Positions 62,799 through 64,000 of a stretch of DNA of 64,000 nt are shown here, piece by piece (the stretch's first letter is position 1; the number at the start of each line of letters is the position of its first letter). Position numbers and translations under genes: made by a program. Source of the DNA: Ranitomeya imitator (lineage: Eukaryota). Location of the stretch: assembly GCF_032444005.1 (NCBI RefSeq), contig NC_091283.1, positions 449,748,001 through 449,812,000 of the forward strand. The letters run 5' to 3'. The notes beneath the pieces were generated by a model. That model saw only the letters and a list, made by a program, of their open reading frames with translations, did no database searches and was not told the DNA's origin.

Positions 62799-64000
62799 GT
62801 GAATACTTATTGTAGCTGAGGACTGGAGGGTGGCTACAGCATAACATCCACCTCTTTCCTTTCTGAATCAACATTTGTGTTGCTGTCAGTGAATGGAAAC
62901 ATTGTTTTTGTATCCCAAATTTTGAAACTCCTATGATCCCATCCCACTTTGACATCTTAAGGGGCAGGAGAGATCGATCTGGTATCAAGTTTTGTAATCG
63001 TGTGAGATAAGGAGAAAACAAATTTTCACAGTCACTATCGGTTCAAACCCCTAAATGATTATCAGATGTAAATGGTTTCCTTTAACCCTATTGACATCGC
63101 CAATTGTGGGTCCTGACAGTGGCCACAACCATATGCAGAGTCTAAAGGGCTTGTGTCAGTGTAAAACTAACAGGTCTCATGTATTGCAGTCCATAAGATC
63201 ATAGTGAAAAATCTTAAATATACAATAAACACACTTAACTGGTATCGCCGAGTCCGAAACGGCCCAAACTTTTACCATTAAAAAAAATTTATCAAACTGA
63301 AAAAAACAAAAATATCCCCCCAAAAATTAACTAACAGGCCCGCATAAGGCTGAGACAACGAAAAAAAAAATTCAGTTCTCTCAGAAAATGGCTACTCCAA
63401 ATTAGTTTTGCAAAATAAAAGGATGTGTATAAGTCCCAAAGCATAAAAACCTAGTATAAATCTGTTATCACCGCAATAGTACTGACCCAAAGAATATGGC
63501 CGCGTTATCACTTATATTCACCAGTAAACAGCATAAAAAAATATAATTCTTAAATGGCTGGTTTCTGTTCATTCTGCATTCAAAAATCTGATAATTCTTC
63601 CAATAAGAGCTTCAACTCATCCCGCAAAATCAGGTCTCCACTTAGGTCCTTTATCCGTCAATGCAATAGTAGTAGTTTCAAGGCCACTGGTAGCCCAAAA
63701 GCTCTGGAAAGGTGACATGTCCATCCTAGCCCCAAATCCAATCCAGGGAAATCGCGCCCAAATCCAAATGCCCCAACCCCTTCTGAGCTCCGCAGTGCGT
63801 CTATACCACAAATAGCTTCCACATGAACTGTCAATCAATCTAAAGAGGCAGTGGTTTAAAGGGACACTGTCACCTGGATTTGGAGGGAACAAACTTCAGC
63901 CACGGAGGCGGGGTTTTGGGGTTTTTGATTCACCCTTTCCTTACCCGCTGGCTGCATGCTGGCTGCAATATTGGATTGAAGTTCATTCTCTGTCCTCCAT

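Noticed and set aside
50900-64000. Expected neighbour ZBTB46
   Set aside because: No BTB, C2H2 or recognisable last-exon sequence was found; it probably lies beyond the window.

Overview
Vertebrate (frog; the repeat repertoire suggests a hyloid/poison-frog-type assembly, by inference) genomic window carrying the conserved ARFRP1(-)/ZGPAT(+)/LIME1(+)/SLC2A4RG(+) gene block known from human 20q13.33. All four genes were rebuilt exon by exon with phase-consistent GT-AG junctions; part of one ARFRP1 exon lies in an N-gap. Around and inside the genes are a near-intact DIRS1-type tyrosine-recombinase retrotransposon, four Tc1 elements, an L2 LINE, two Helitron copies, many MITEs and four tandem arrays (97, 25, 33 and 20 bp units). 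Top findings: (1) a candidate unannotated 203-aa basic-protein gene on the minus strand (48158-50541), tail-to-tail with SLC2A4RG, with an RFX X-box upstream and a Tc1 inserted into the TA of one of its GTAAGT donors; (2) about 84 copies of ACCGG, the C-clamp target motif of SLC2A4RG itself, in a minisatellite starting about 35 bp into SLC2A4RG intron 1, a possible autoregulatory array; (3) a spliced gag in the DIRS element; (4) a perfect 159-bp inverted duplication of a Tc1 end. Protein identities rest on sequences and motifs recalled from memory; no database search was run.
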